Positions 1 through 8,854 of a stretch of 64,000 nucleotides of DNA are shown here, one piece after another; position 1 is the stretch's first letter; every line of letters starts with the position of its first letter. The stretch covers positions 3,007,080 through 3,071,079 of the forward strand of contig OY970249.1 in NCBI GenBank assembly GCA_963715515.1. The letters are read 5' to 3'. The notes beneath the pieces are model-generated. The model searched no databases. It worked only from the letters and a program-made list of their open reading frames with translations, and was not told the DNA's origin. The translations under genes were made by a program, and so were the position numbers. Source of the stretch: an uncultured Solirubrobacterales bacterium (lineage in GTDB: Bacteria; Actinomycetota; Thermoleophilia; Solirubrobacterales; Solirubrobacteraceae).

Positions 1-1
1 C

Positions 2-247
2 GCTCCATCCGGGCACGTTCTGGGTGTCGATTTCGGTGAACCCGGGTGGCACAAGCATGTCAACCTTGTACGCATAGGCCCCGGCCTGCTCACCAGGCAC
101 GCGAACGTCGAGCGTCACGAAGGCGCCCGCCGGAATCGTGTTGGGATGCAGGCTGATGTGCGCCTGCGCCGCCGCCGGCCCAAGCAGCGCCAGGCAGGTC
201 GAGCCGACCGTGGCCGCCATTACGAGAGTTGCCGCTGTGCGCTTCAT
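2..247 (-). CDS. YcnI/DUF1775-family copper-binding protein (5' part; runs off window)
   Basis: Not in the ORF track. Manual translation from ATG 247: MKRTAATLVMAATVGSTCLALLGPAAAQA-HISLHPNTIPAGAFVTLDVRVPGEQ...VPGWS. Signal peptide followed by His1, RVPxE and PGW motifs; AGGAG upstream; lies downstream of copC/D. Confidence 0.8.
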   Translation of the reverse strand, partial: MKRTAATLVMAATVGSTCLALLGPAAAQAHISLHPNTIPAGAFVTLDVRVPGEQAGAYAYKVDMLVPPGFTEIDTQNVPGWS

Positions 248-339
248 TATCCATGTCTCCTATCGCGTTGGTATTCATCTGCTTGTCCTCGTCCACCGCT
301 GTATTCATCTATTCGCGTCTCAATCCACCGCTCGCGTCC

Positions 340-2139
340 TCATCTGATCGGGACCTTCACCGTCTGCGTGTACTCTTCGAATTCCGACACCCTGTCGGTC
401 AGCTGTATCTGCCACGTCCCCCCCGGGCTCAACTCGGCCGAGTTCAGCGTGTAGTGGCCCGGCCCCGCCAGGTTGGGCTGCAACGGCAGCGGGCCGATGC
501 CCTTGGCAGGCAATGTGGCCCTGGCGATCAGTTCCTTCGTAGCTGTGAACTGCGTGCCGTCCTTGGCATTTATGAGATAGATGTGAATCGTGTTCAGCCC
601 GACCCTGGCCGGTTCGACGGTCATCTCAAGCTCCGCCGAGCCAAGCGTGGTGTTGATCGAGAACGGCCCGCTCGCGGCATCTATCGGCGGGGCGTAGCTG
701 ATCAGCGCCGCAGTCACACCGAACACGCCCAGCATCAGCGCCAGCTCTCCGCGCAACGTGCGCCGTGCGAGCACGCCCACACCGCCGGGCGCGCGCGCCG
801 CGCCGACAACGCGCTCAAGTGCGGGGATCACCCGTTCGCGGTTGACCCAGCCGAGTCCGATCAACGCCAGCAGCAGCGCCGTCTTGACGAGGATCAGAGC
901 GCCGTAGGTCGTGTGGAAAAGACCTTCGAAGCTGCGCACGTCGATGTAGGCCTGCACTACCCCGGTCACCGCGATCACGACAACCGCGCCGAGCGCCAGC
1001 GGCGAGAAGCGCGCGAGCACCGCGAGCAGCAGCCGGCTGCGCTCCGGACCCTCCAGGCGGCGCGTCGCCGCGGGCAGTGCCAGCAGCAGGCACGCGACGC
1101 CCCCGACCCACACGCTCGCCGCCAGGACGTGCAGCACGTCGGAGGGGAAGAAGACCCCCGTGGGACTCTGGATGCTGGCGTGTCCCGCCAGCGCCGGCGT
1201 GAGCGCGAGATAGGCGGCGCCGAGCCCGAGTAGCGCAAGCAGCCAGCGCGGCGGGCGTCCCAGCGCCCTTGCCAGCAGCAGCAGAGCACCGATGGCGAGC
1301 CAGTCGATCGCCCGTAGGCCCCACACGCCGCCGAAGCGGCTTTCGAGTGTGTTTTCGAGGATCACGCCTTTCAGCGATGCCCACAGCGACACTCCTGCGG
1401 CACTCGCACCCTGGAGCAGCACTCCGAGCACGCTCACCGTCACGCCCACGACAACTGCGCCACCCAGCAGCCGCTGCATGCGCCGCGTAAACGCCTGCGC
1501 GGCCTCGCGCCAGCGCGGCTGCGCTCCGGCCGCGTCGCTGAGGCCCGGCAGCCACGCCACCAGCAGGAAGGCCAGGCCACCGAGCATCAGCGCGATCGAC
1601 AGGTAGTCGAGACCGCGCACGACGCCGAAGGCGACCTCGGTGACCTTGCCGCTCTTATTACGACCGATCAGGCCCGCTACGGTGAACTTGGGCGCTGCGC
1701 CAGCGTGGCCGATGTTGAATACCAGGCCGCCGTAGACGATGTGCGTATCGGCCGAAATCACCCTGTAGGTCGCCGTGTAGGTGCCGTCGGGCAGATGGGG
1801 CTTCAAACCAACGCCCATCCAGTGCTCCTGGCCTTCCGGATGAGAGACGTCCAGGTTGTCGACCTCGTCTCCCTGGGCGTCATAGACGCGCACCGCGCCA
1901 AGCGTCCCGCCGATGGCCTGGTTGAACTTGAAGATCACCTCCGGCGGCTGCACCGCGACGGTCGAGCCGCTCTGTGGCGATGTGCCGAGCAGCTGGGCAT
2001 GGGCCGAAGCCGTCGCGGCGCTCGTCACCGCGGCGATGGCAAACAGCAGCAGAACCAATAAGGCGTGCCTGGCCAGCCTGAGCCGTGTGCGGCCGCTTCG
2101 CTGTGCAGCAGCTCCGCGGCGAGTCCTCGCGCCTACCAT
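340..2139 (-). CDS. CopC/CopD fusion copper transport protein (YcnJ-like)
   Basis: Signal peptide then HAQLLGTSP, YRVISADTH (CopC); multi-TM CopD region with GHA and LHVLAASVWVGG; C-terminal soluble domain. Confidence 0.9.
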   Translation of the reverse strand: MVGARTRRGAAAQRSGRTRLRLARHALLVLLLFAIAAVTSAATASAHAQLLGTSPQSGSTVAVQPPEVIFKFNQAIGGTLGAVRVYDAQGDEVDNLDVSHPEGQEHWMGVGLKPHLPDGTYTATYRVISADTHIVYGGLVFNIGHAGAAPKFTVAGLIGRNKSGKVTEVAFGVVRGLDYLSIALMLGGLAFLLVAWLPGLSDAAGAQPRWREAAQAFTRRMQRLLGGAVVVGVTVSVLGVLLQGASAAGVSLWASLKGVILENTLESRFGGVWGLRAIDWLAIGALLLLARALGRPPRWLLALLGLGAAYLALTPALAGHASIQSPTGVFFPSDVLHVLAASVWVGGVACLLLALPAATRRLEGPERSRLLLAVLARFSPLALGAVVVIAVTGVVQAYIDVRSFEGLFHTTYGALILVKTALLLALIGLGWVNRERVIPALERVVGAARAPGGVGVLARRTLRGELALMLGVFGVTAALISYAPPIDAASGPFSINTTLGSAELEMTVEPARVGLNTIHIYLINAKDGTQFTATKELIARATLPAKGIGPLPLQPNLAGPGHYTLNSAELSPGGTWQIQLTDRVSEFEEYTQTVKVPIR

Positions 2140-2984
2140 GCTTCGCGGGCCTGTTCGCTCGGCGCGCCGGGCTTACCCCCCTCTCCGCCTCCGCGCGGGG
2201 TGGGTCGGCCGCTCGAACTCCTGCGCCTGCGCACTAACAGCACGAACCCCAAGCCCAGCAGGACTATCGCCACCAGCGCGACGATCGCGCCGACGGGCGT
2301 CTTGGTGCCTTCCTCCGGTTCCCAGAAGAGCTGGCCGTTGACGGCCCCCGGCTGATTGCCGACCTGGATCGGCACCTGCCAGTCGAAGATCTTCGTGCGC
2401 CTGCTCTTGTCCTTGACCTGCGCCGGCGGCACAGGTGACATCCAGTGGATGCGATGGTCATGCCATTCGAAGACGCCCGTGCGATCGACCACCGTCCAGC
2501 GCGGCACAGCGTGGGCGGACGCCGTCGCGGGTACGGTGACCTGCCCATAGAAGTTCTCGTTCAGGTAATAGGCCGGCGAGCGCGTATTGACTTCGACCGT
2601 GCCGTTCGCCTGTACGCGCGCATAGGGCTCGCCTTCGTAACCGTCGATCGTGACGGTCTTGCCCGTGTGATTCTCCAGCTGCAACCGATCGGCGAACTCG
2701 AGCACCTGCAGGCTCAGACCTGGCACGCCCGGCGTGATCGCGGTTATGTTGGAGCGGTAGTTGTAGCTGCTCCCCTGATCGTTGATCGGGTTGCCACTCT
2801 CCTGCACTGCGTTTGGCTGGCTGGCGCTCTGACCTGCGCCTGACTGGCCGGCACTTGACTGGCCGGCGCTCTGGGCGGCGGCCGGCTGGCCGGCGCTCTG
2901 AGCGCGCGCCGCGCGCGGCGGCGCCAGTGCGAGGGCGCCGAACACGAGCACGAGCACGGCAGCTGCGATGGGACGGCGGGACAT
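2133..2984 (-). CDS. Exported, C-terminally anchored hypothetical protein with WHDHRIHWM motif
   Basis: AGGAG before ATG 2984; signal peptide, QSAGQ repeats, His-rich motif, C-terminal TM helix plus basic tail. Confidence 0.75.
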   Translation of the reverse strand: MSRRPIAAAVLVLVFGALALAPPRAARAQSAGQPAAAQSAGQSSAGQSGAGQSASQPNAVQESGNPINDQGSSYNYRSNITAITPGVPGLSLQVLEFADRLQLENHTGKTVTIDGYEGEPYARVQANGTVEVNTRSPAYYLNENFYGQVTVPATASAHAVPRWTVVDRTGVFEWHDHRIHWMSPVPPAQVKDKSRRTKIFDWQVPIQVGNQPGAVNGQLFWEPEEGTKTPVGAIVALVAIVLLGLGFVLLVRRRRSSSGRPTPRGGGEGGKPGAPSEQAREAW

Positions 2985-3069
2985 GGAAGCTCCTAACGAA
3001 CTCTGGGTGGACGAGTCGAGCAGGCGAGCCGCCACCCTGTCCCGGCTCTGTAGCGGGATGCGAAGGGAG

Positions 3070-3366
3070 CTAGCGGCGCGCCATATGGCCCGCGAGCGGC
3101 GGGGGCCGCACCGCCAGCGACCGTGCGAGCAGCAGTCCGCCGCGCACGGCGAACCTCAACACACGCCTTGACGGCCGCGCGCTGGACCTCGCCCGCGGCC
3201 AGTGCGAGCGCTGCGCTCGAGAGAGCTGCGCCAGCAGCCGTCTCCCCGGATAGCGCCGCAGCAGCAGTGGCACGACGAGAACCAAAGCCGGCGCCAGGCA
3301 TAGCAGGCCCGGAGCGGAGTCGATCAGCGCGGGGAGATGCGTGAGCCAGGAGAACACGACAGTCAA
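3070..3366 (-). CDS. Small hypothetical membrane protein
   Basis: 98-aa ORF filling the gap in a co-directional cluster; one TM segment then RRYPG. Start could be the downstream GTG. Confidence 0.55.
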   Translation of the reverse strand: MTVVFSWLTHLPALIDSAPGLLCLAPALVLVVPLLLRRYPGRRLLAQLSRAQRSHWPRARSSARPSRRVLRFAVRGGLLLARSLAVRPPPLAGHMARR

Positions 3367-3377
3367 ACCCTACTACC

Positions 3378-4811
3378 TCAGGTCCCCACGGCCGACAGCA
3401 GCCACAGCCCGAAGCTGGTGAAGGCGACCATCACCGCAAGCATCCAGTACTGGCTGCGCACGGCCTCCTCGGGGTCGCTGTAGAGGGTCAGCGCGCGGTC
3501 GTGCGCCAGCGTCAGACCCCCGATATGGCCGGCCACCAGCGCGGACACCTGCACGTACCAGATGGCTGCAAAGGAGATGATGTGGTAGTCGATCTGATAG
3601 CTGCTGGTGCCAAACAGGTTGGCGCCGTTGCCGAGCGGATCGGACGCCAGATAGCCCATCGTCTGGCCCTGCCAGATCAGATAGGAGAAGTAATGCGCCA
3701 GCACGTAGGCGAAGGCGATCGGCACGAGCGTGTGCACGAAGGTGCGCGTCAACTGCTCGGTGTCGTAGCGATCGCTGACGCTCCGCACGCCGATGATCCC
3801 GACACGGTAGATGCCGCCGACCAACAGAATGCACAGGATCAGCCCCAGCGAGTAGGTCAACTCCAGCGCCGGGGTCGGGTGAAAGCCCAAGTCGGCAAAC
3901 AGTCGCTGCAGGCTGTACTCGTTGTTACGCCATATGCCGCCGTTGCTGAAGCCATCGAAGGTCGTGGTGCCGATGATCGTGCACATCAGGGCCACCGTCC
4001 CGCGACGCAGCGGCAGGTCCGGGAGGCCGCTGAGGGGACGGCGCGCGTAGAGCACCCCATCCTCGACGACGAGCGCCGACAGTCGTGAAAACAGGTTGAA
4101 GTCGACCCCGAAGGCGTCCCCCTGTGTGCTCCACTGCTCGACCCCGAACAGCAGCATTCCGAGGAGCATCGCCAGGAAGTAGCCGAGCGACAGTGCGGCG
4201 ATCAGCGACGGCTGGTCGCGGTTTGGCGCGACGTACACAAGCTCCAGCCAGCCGAAGCCGACCAGGCCGGCCACGGCAGGCCATACCCCAAGCCATGCCG
4301 GATAGCGCAGCAGGGGCTCCGCTCTGCGCCCGCCGGGCCGCAGCCATCCCAGGACCGCGCCAATCACCCGAGCGCACGTGCGCCACGGGCTGAGCGCGCG
4401 AAAGACGTCCCCGAACAGCACGCTCGACAGCGGCAGACCGACCCAGAAGATGACGTAGATGAAGTTCACCGAGAAGTTGGCGTTGGGCACCTGCGCGCCC
4501 GCGAAGCCGCTGTAGAGGACGAGCGCGAACAAACCCACTCCGACCAGCCCGGCCAGCCACCCAAGAGCCGGCGGCAGGCGCAGCAGGCGTCGGCGGCGCT
4601 CAGTTTGAAGCTGCGGGCTGCGCCACAGTGTCGAGAGGGCCACGAATGACACCACCAGCACGATCGCCGCGGCCCAACTGAACAGCCACACGGGGATCGG
4701 CAGGTCGGCCCTGCCGACGATCCCGTGCGCCGCTGCAGCCGCCGGAAACAGCAGCGCCGCACCCAACAGGCCGCCGAGTAGAACCGGCAGCTGGCGACGT
4801 GGCGGGATCAT
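3378..4811 (-). CDS. Multi-pass membrane protein (family often annotated 'fenitrothion hydrolase/FedB-like')
   Basis: Signal peptide then HGIVGRADLPIP; motifs FWVG, GTTTFDG, PIAFAYVLAHY, GHIGG..LAHDRA, RSQYWML. Confidence 0.75.
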   Translation of the reverse strand: MIPPRRQLPVLLGGLLGAALLFPAAAAAHGIVGRADLPIPVWLFSWAAAIVLVVSFVALSTLWRSPQLQTERRRRLLRLPPALGWLAGLVGVGLFALVLYSGFAGAQVPNANFSVNFIYVIFWVGLPLSSVLFGDVFRALSPWRTCARVIGAVLGWLRPGGRRAEPLLRYPAWLGVWPAVAGLVGFGWLELVYVAPNRDQPSLIAALSLGYFLAMLLGMLLFGVEQWSTQGDAFGVDFNLFSRLSALVVEDGVLYARRPLSGLPDLPLRRGTVALMCTIIGTTTFDGFSNGGIWRNNEYSLQRLFADLGFHPTPALELTYSLGLILCILLVGGIYRVGIIGVRSVSDRYDTEQLTRTFVHTLVPIAFAYVLAHYFSYLIWQGQTMGYLASDPLGNGANLFGTSSYQIDYHIISFAAIWYVQVSALVAGHIGGLTLAHDRALTLYSDPEEAVRSQYWMLAVMVAFTSFGLWLLSAVGT

Positions 4812-4937
4812 GCTCGCGGCAGTCTATGGATGCACGTGCCCGCCAGCCGTCGGTTGGCGGCGCGCAAGCGCCCGTTCGCGTCATTCCCGTACGTTCGCGG
4901 CGCGCATCGGGCCGCGCGCGGCGTACGCTGCACTTGC

Positions 4938-5849
4938 GTGCTCCATCCGCTTCCCCTTGCAGTGTCGACCAACCTGCAGGCGGCCATCCAGTTCGGCCCC
5001 CTGCTGGTCCTCGCCGTGCTCTACGCACACCGCGTGCGCACGCTCGCGCTCGGCGCGCATCCCGTCCCCGGCTGGCGCCAGGCGTGCTTCTACGCGGGCT
5101 TCCTGACGATCGCCGCGGCGCTGACCTCGCTCGGCGACGACAGCCAGGAACTGCTGTCGGCGCACATGGTCGAGCACCTGCTGCTCGGCGACGTGGCGGC
5201 GCTCTTGATCGTGTTGGGCCTCACCGGCCCGCTCATCGCCCCGATCCTCCGCATCCGCCTGTTCGACCGCCTGCGCGTGCTCGCGCATCCGCTGGTGGCC
5301 TTCCCGCTGTGGGCGGTGGACCTGTACGTATGGCACCTACCCGTGCTCTACCAGGCGGCGCTGCGCCATTCCGGGATACACGCCCTCGAGCACGCGATGT
5401 TCCTCGGCTTCGGAATCAACATGTGGATGTGCCTGTTCGGGCCGCTGCCGATGCCGGCTTGGTTCGGCAACCTCGGCAAGCTCCTCTACATTGTCGCCGT
5501 GCGCCTCACCGGCACGGTGCTCGGGAACATCTTCCTGTGGTCGGGCACGGCCTTCTACCCCTTCTACACGCGCGGCGACGCCGCCTGGCACATCTCGCCA
5601 ATCGCCGACCAGAACCTCGCCGGGGCGATCATGATGATCGAGGAGAGCATCCTCACGCTGGGCCTGCTGTGCTGGCTGTTCCTGCGCACCGCGCGCGAGG
5701 CCGAGGAACGCCAGGACCTGCTCGACTACGCCGGCGCCCACGGGCTGGAGCTGACCAGCGCTCGCGCCGCACGCGCGGTCGCCGCCGGGCGCGGCGCGGA
5801 GTTGCGCAGCCGGCTCGAAAGCCGCGTCCAGACCCCTCACCCATCGTGA
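4938..5849 (+). CDS. Cytochrome c oxidase assembly factor (Caa3_CtaG family)
   Basis: SAHMVEHLLL, WHLPVLY, HALEHAMF, DQNLAGAIM motifs. GTG 4938 is 8 nt after a TACGCT -10-like hexamer. Confidence 0.85.
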   Translation: MLHPLPLAVSTNLQAAIQFGPLLVLAVLYAHRVRTLALGAHPVPGWRQACFYAGFLTIAAALTSLGDDSQELLSAHMVEHLLLGDVAALLIVLGLTGPLIAPILRIRLFDRLRVLAHPLVAFPLWAVDLYVWHLPVLYQAALRHSGIHALEHAMFLGFGINMWMCLFGPLPMPAWFGNLGKLLYIVAVRLTGTVLGNIFLWSGTAFYPFYTRGDAAWHISPIADQNLAGAIMMIEESILTLGLLCWLFLRTAREAEERQDLLDYAGAHGLELTSARAARAVAAGRGAELRSRLESRVQTPHPS

Positions 5850-5940
5850 CGGCAGCGGCGCCGATGCGCCCCGCCGCCGCCGATGTTCCCCGTCGGCGCC
5901 AATGCTCCCCGCCCCGCGCCGCCGGTGCTCCTCGTCGGCG

Positions 5941-6909
5941 CTATTCATATGTGGGCGGCGGAGCGGCGTTGCGCTCTGTCGCCGCGATCAGTTCGACCAA
6001 CTGGACACCGCTCGTGCCGCCGAGCACACGCAGGCGCGGCAGCCGATAGGGATCGTTGCGCGGGCCCGCCCAACCTGGCACGACCGTCGTCGAGCCAAGA
6101 TACCCAGCCTCTCTGACGGCCGCGATCACCGTCGCGTCATAGCGGCCCGACGGGTAGCAGAACCAGCGCACGGGCACGCCGAAACGACGCTGGATCGTCT
6201 GTCTGGAGGCTGCCACCTGATAGCGCAGCTGCGAAGCGTCCAGGGTGGTTAGGTCAGCGTGACTGATGCCCTGCGTGTCGAGTTCCCAGCCGGCCGACAC
6301 CAGGCCCTTCAGCTGCGCTTCGGAAAGCCCTCCCTGCGATGGCGGCAACCCCGTCAACTGCATGTTCTCCACGGCCCGCCAGCCGAACTGGCGCAGCACC
6401 GGCAGGGCGTTGGTGTACTGCGACTGATAGCCGTTGTCGAAGGTGACGACGACCGGCTTCACGGGCAGCGGAGCGTCACCGTTCCAATGGCTCCAAAGCT
6501 GATCGAGCGTGACGGCGTGAAAGCCGGCCTGCGCGAGCGCTCGCATCTGTTCGGCGAACTCGCCGGCAGGCACGTAGAGACCTGGAAATGGCGCGCCTGC
6601 CGGCGGCGGGTTGATCACGTGATACATGAGGATCGGCGTGGCGACATCGCGCGCCGCCCGCGCAACACCAGCCGGAACTGCGCCTGCCGTGCCGGAGCCC
6701 GCCGAGGGAACCGCGCCTTCGCCCGACGCGCTTGAGCCCGACGACGGAGTCGCGCTTGAGCCCGACGAGGATCCGTCACGAACTTCCCCCGCCTTATCGA
6801 CGGAGCCCTCGCGTCCAAGCGCGCGCTTGGCGTCGCCCCCGACCACCGTGGTCTTCGATCCCCCGCCGGCGGCGAGGGTCGCAACGATCGCCGCGATCAC
6901 GATCAGCAA
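5941..6909 (-). CDS. Polysaccharide deacetylase (NodB/IcaB-like), membrane anchored; start uncertain
   Basis: PILMYH, VVTFDNG, SHADL, FCYPSG, LPRLRV motifs. Confidence 0.85.
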   Translation of the reverse strand: MLIVIAAIVATLAAGGGSKTTVVGGDAKRALGREGSVDKAGEVRDGSSSGSSATPSSGSSASGEGAVPSAGSGTAGAVPAGVARAARDVATPILMYHVINPPPAGAPFPGLYVPAGEFAEQMRALAQAGFHAVTLDQLWSHWNGDAPLPVKPVVVTFDNGYQSQYTNALPVLRQFGWRAVENMQLTGLPPSQGGLSEAQLKGLVSAGWELDTQGISHADLTTLDASQLRYQVAASRQTIQRRFGVPVRWFCYPSGRYDATVIAAVREAGYLGSTTVVPGWAGPRNDPYRLPRLRVLGGTSGVQLVELIAATERNAAPPPTYE

Positions 6910-6957
6910 TACGGTGATCGCCGTCCACCTTCGCCGTCGCGCGATCTGATGCAGCTG

Positions 6958-7233
6958 TCAGCCTCCAGCGACCGCGGGCAGGATCGTCAGCTCGGCGCCA
7001 TCGGAGATCGGCGTCTGCAGCCCGTCCAGAAAGCGGATGTCCTCGCCGCTCACATAGACGTTGACGAAGCGCCGCAGCGAGCCGTCCTCATCGGAGATGC
7101 GCTCGCGCAGCTCGCCGTAGCGCGCAAACAGTCCGTCCAGCACCTCCTGCACGGTGGCGCCGTCCACCTGCGTCTCAGCCGAGCCCTCGGCCGCTGGGCG
7201 CAACTGCGTGGGGATCTTGACGACGACCGCCAT
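6958..7233 (-). CDS. MoaD/ThiS/CysO-type ubiquitin-like sulfur carrier
   Basis: 91 aa, VKIPTQLR...RRFVNVYV...ILPAVAGG with C-terminal Gly-Gly; TGATG-coupled to the thrC-like gene. Confidence 0.92.
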   Translation of the reverse strand: MAVVVKIPTQLRPAAEGSAETQVDGATVQEVLDGLFARYGELRERISDEDGSLRRFVNVYVSGEDIRFLDGLQTPISDGAELTILPAVAGG

Positions 7234-8600
7234 CAGAAAGCCACTCCAGCGGGCGAGGACTGCAAGCCAGCGGGCGAGGACTGCAAGCTCTCGGCGGTCG
7301 CCTGCTCAGGTACGGTCGTCTCGAACGCCTCGACGCTCGGGTCGATCGCGTAGGTCTCGAATGTGCCGCGAACGGCGTCGAGCGTCTTCAGGCCCTCGCC
7401 GGTGATGACCAGCACGACGCGCTCGCCCGGGTCGATCTCGCCGCGCGCGGCCAGCTTGGCGAGCACCGCCGTCGTCACGCCGCCAGCGGTCTCGGTGAAG
7501 ATGCCGGTGGTCTGCGCCAACAGCGCGATGCCGGCGCGGATCTCCTCGTCGCTGACGCTATCGACGCCACCGCCCGAGCGGCGGGCGAGGTCAAGTGCGT
7601 AGGGGCCGTCGGCGGGGTTGCCGATCGCCAGCGACTTGGCGATCGTGTTGGGCTTGACCGGCCGACACACATCGTGGCCGTCGGCGAACGCGCTGGCCAC
7701 CGGCGAGCAGCCATCGGCCTGGGCGCCGTTCATCCTCGGCAGCTCACCCGCGACGAGCCCCAGCTCGCGCCACTCGTGAAAGCCCTTGCCGATCTTCGTG
7801 AACAGCGACCCCGAGGCGATCGGCACGACGCAGCGATCGGGCAACTCGAAGCCCAGCTGCTCGGCGATCTCGAACGCCAGTGTCTTGGAACCCTCGGCGT
7901 AGTAGGGGCGCAGGTTGACGTTGACGAATGCCCAGTCGCGCTCGGCCGACAGCTCCGTGCAGAGACGGTTGACGTCATCGTAATTGCCCTTGACCGCCAC
8001 GAGACGGGTTCCGTAGACGCCCGTGGCGAGCACCTTCTGCTCCTCGAGGTCGGCGGGAATGAAGACATATGACTCCATGCCCAGCGCGGCTCCGTGCGCC
8101 GCCACGGAGTTGGCCAGATTGCCCGTGGAGGCGCAGGCGATCACCTTGAAGCCCAGCTCACGAGCGCGCGCCGCGGCTACCGAGACGACGCGATCCTTGA
8201 AGGAGTGCGTGGGGTTGGCGGCGTCGTTCTTGACCCACACCTCGCTCAGTCCCAGCCGCTGCGCCAGACGATCGGCGCGGATCAGCGGTGTGCAGCCAGC
8301 TGGCAGTCCGGCGCGCGAGGCCAGCCGCCCGGAGGGCGCCGGCGGGCCGTCCACGACCGGCAGGAAGTCGGCGTAGCGCCAGATGTTCTGAGGGCCCGCC
8401 TGGATGCGCCGGCGTAGTCCGTCCACGTCGCGGACACCGCCGCCGGTGGAATCGGCGCCGCCACCCGCGGAATCGGCGTAGCCAAGGCTGCTGTGGTCAT
8501 AGACGACCTCCAGCGGACCGAAGCAGCGCTCGCACACGTACAGCGCCTCTAACGGATACTCGGTATGGCACTCCCGGCACTTCAGGTTGGTGACAGCCAT
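7233..8600 (-). CDS. thrC: Threonine synthase-like PLP enzyme
   Basis: N-terminal CxxC..CxxC, NPTHSFKDR (PLP Lys), CASTGN, EGSKTLAFE, ITGEGLK; AGGAGG RBS. Function may differ from ThrC (see findings). Confidence 0.85.
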   Translation of the reverse strand: MAVTNLKCRECHTEYPLEALYVCERCFGPLEVVYDHSSLGYADSAGGGADSTGGGVRDVDGLRRRIQAGPQNIWRYADFLPVVDGPPAPSGRLASRAGLPAGCTPLIRADRLAQRLGLSEVWVKNDAANPTHSFKDRVVSVAAARARELGFKVIACASTGNLANSVAAHGAALGMESYVFIPADLEEQKVLATGVYGTRLVAVKGNYDDVNRLCTELSAERDWAFVNVNLRPYYAEGSKTLAFEIAEQLGFELPDRCVVPIASGSLFTKIGKGFHEWRELGLVAGELPRMNGAQADGCSPVASAFADGHDVCRPVKPNTIAKSLAIGNPADGPYALDLARRSGGGVDSVSDEEIRAGIALLAQTTGIFTETAGGVTTAVLAKLAARGEIDPGERVVLVITGEGLKTLDAVRGTFETYAIDPSVEAFETTVPEQATAESLQSSPAGLQSSPAGVAF

Positions 8601-8659
8601 TGGGGCCTCCTATAGTCTTCGCCGTTGACCGCGGTGTGGCGAAGAGCACGAAGCCCGCC

Positions 8660-8751
8660 ACACATCTAACTGGAATTGGCACCTTCCCGCGTGCGGCGCG
8701 GTGGTTGCCGGGGCTTCGTAGGGCCAGTCCCTCCACCCCTCTGGATGTGCA
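8660..8751 (-). ncRNA. SAM-I (S-box) riboswitch
   Basis: Minus strand CACATCCAGAGGGGTGGAGGGACTGGCCCTACGAAGCCCGGCAACC...AAGGTGCCAATTCCAGTTAGATGTG matches SAM-I consensus blocks. P1 CACATC/GATGTG; TATACT -10 upstream (~8773-8778); hairpin TCTTCGCC..GGCGAAGA next to the RBS. Confidence 0.92.
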
Positions 8752-8854
8752 CTACTGCTATGTCTTGCGGCAGTATATCGGATGCGCGGCGGAAAATCCT
8801 TAGGTCCGCCGGCGCACGGTAACGCTCTTGCACGGACGGTGTAGGCGCTCTTAG

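Noticed and set aside
90-308. 72-aa ORF MNTAVDEDKQ...
   Set aside because: Overlaps the convincing YcnI frame on the same strand and derives from spacer repeats.
6955-6960. Selenocysteine recoding of the moaD TGA
   Set aside because: The carrier needs a free C-terminal Gly-Gly, and no SECIS-like hairpin or Cys-equivalent position is evident.
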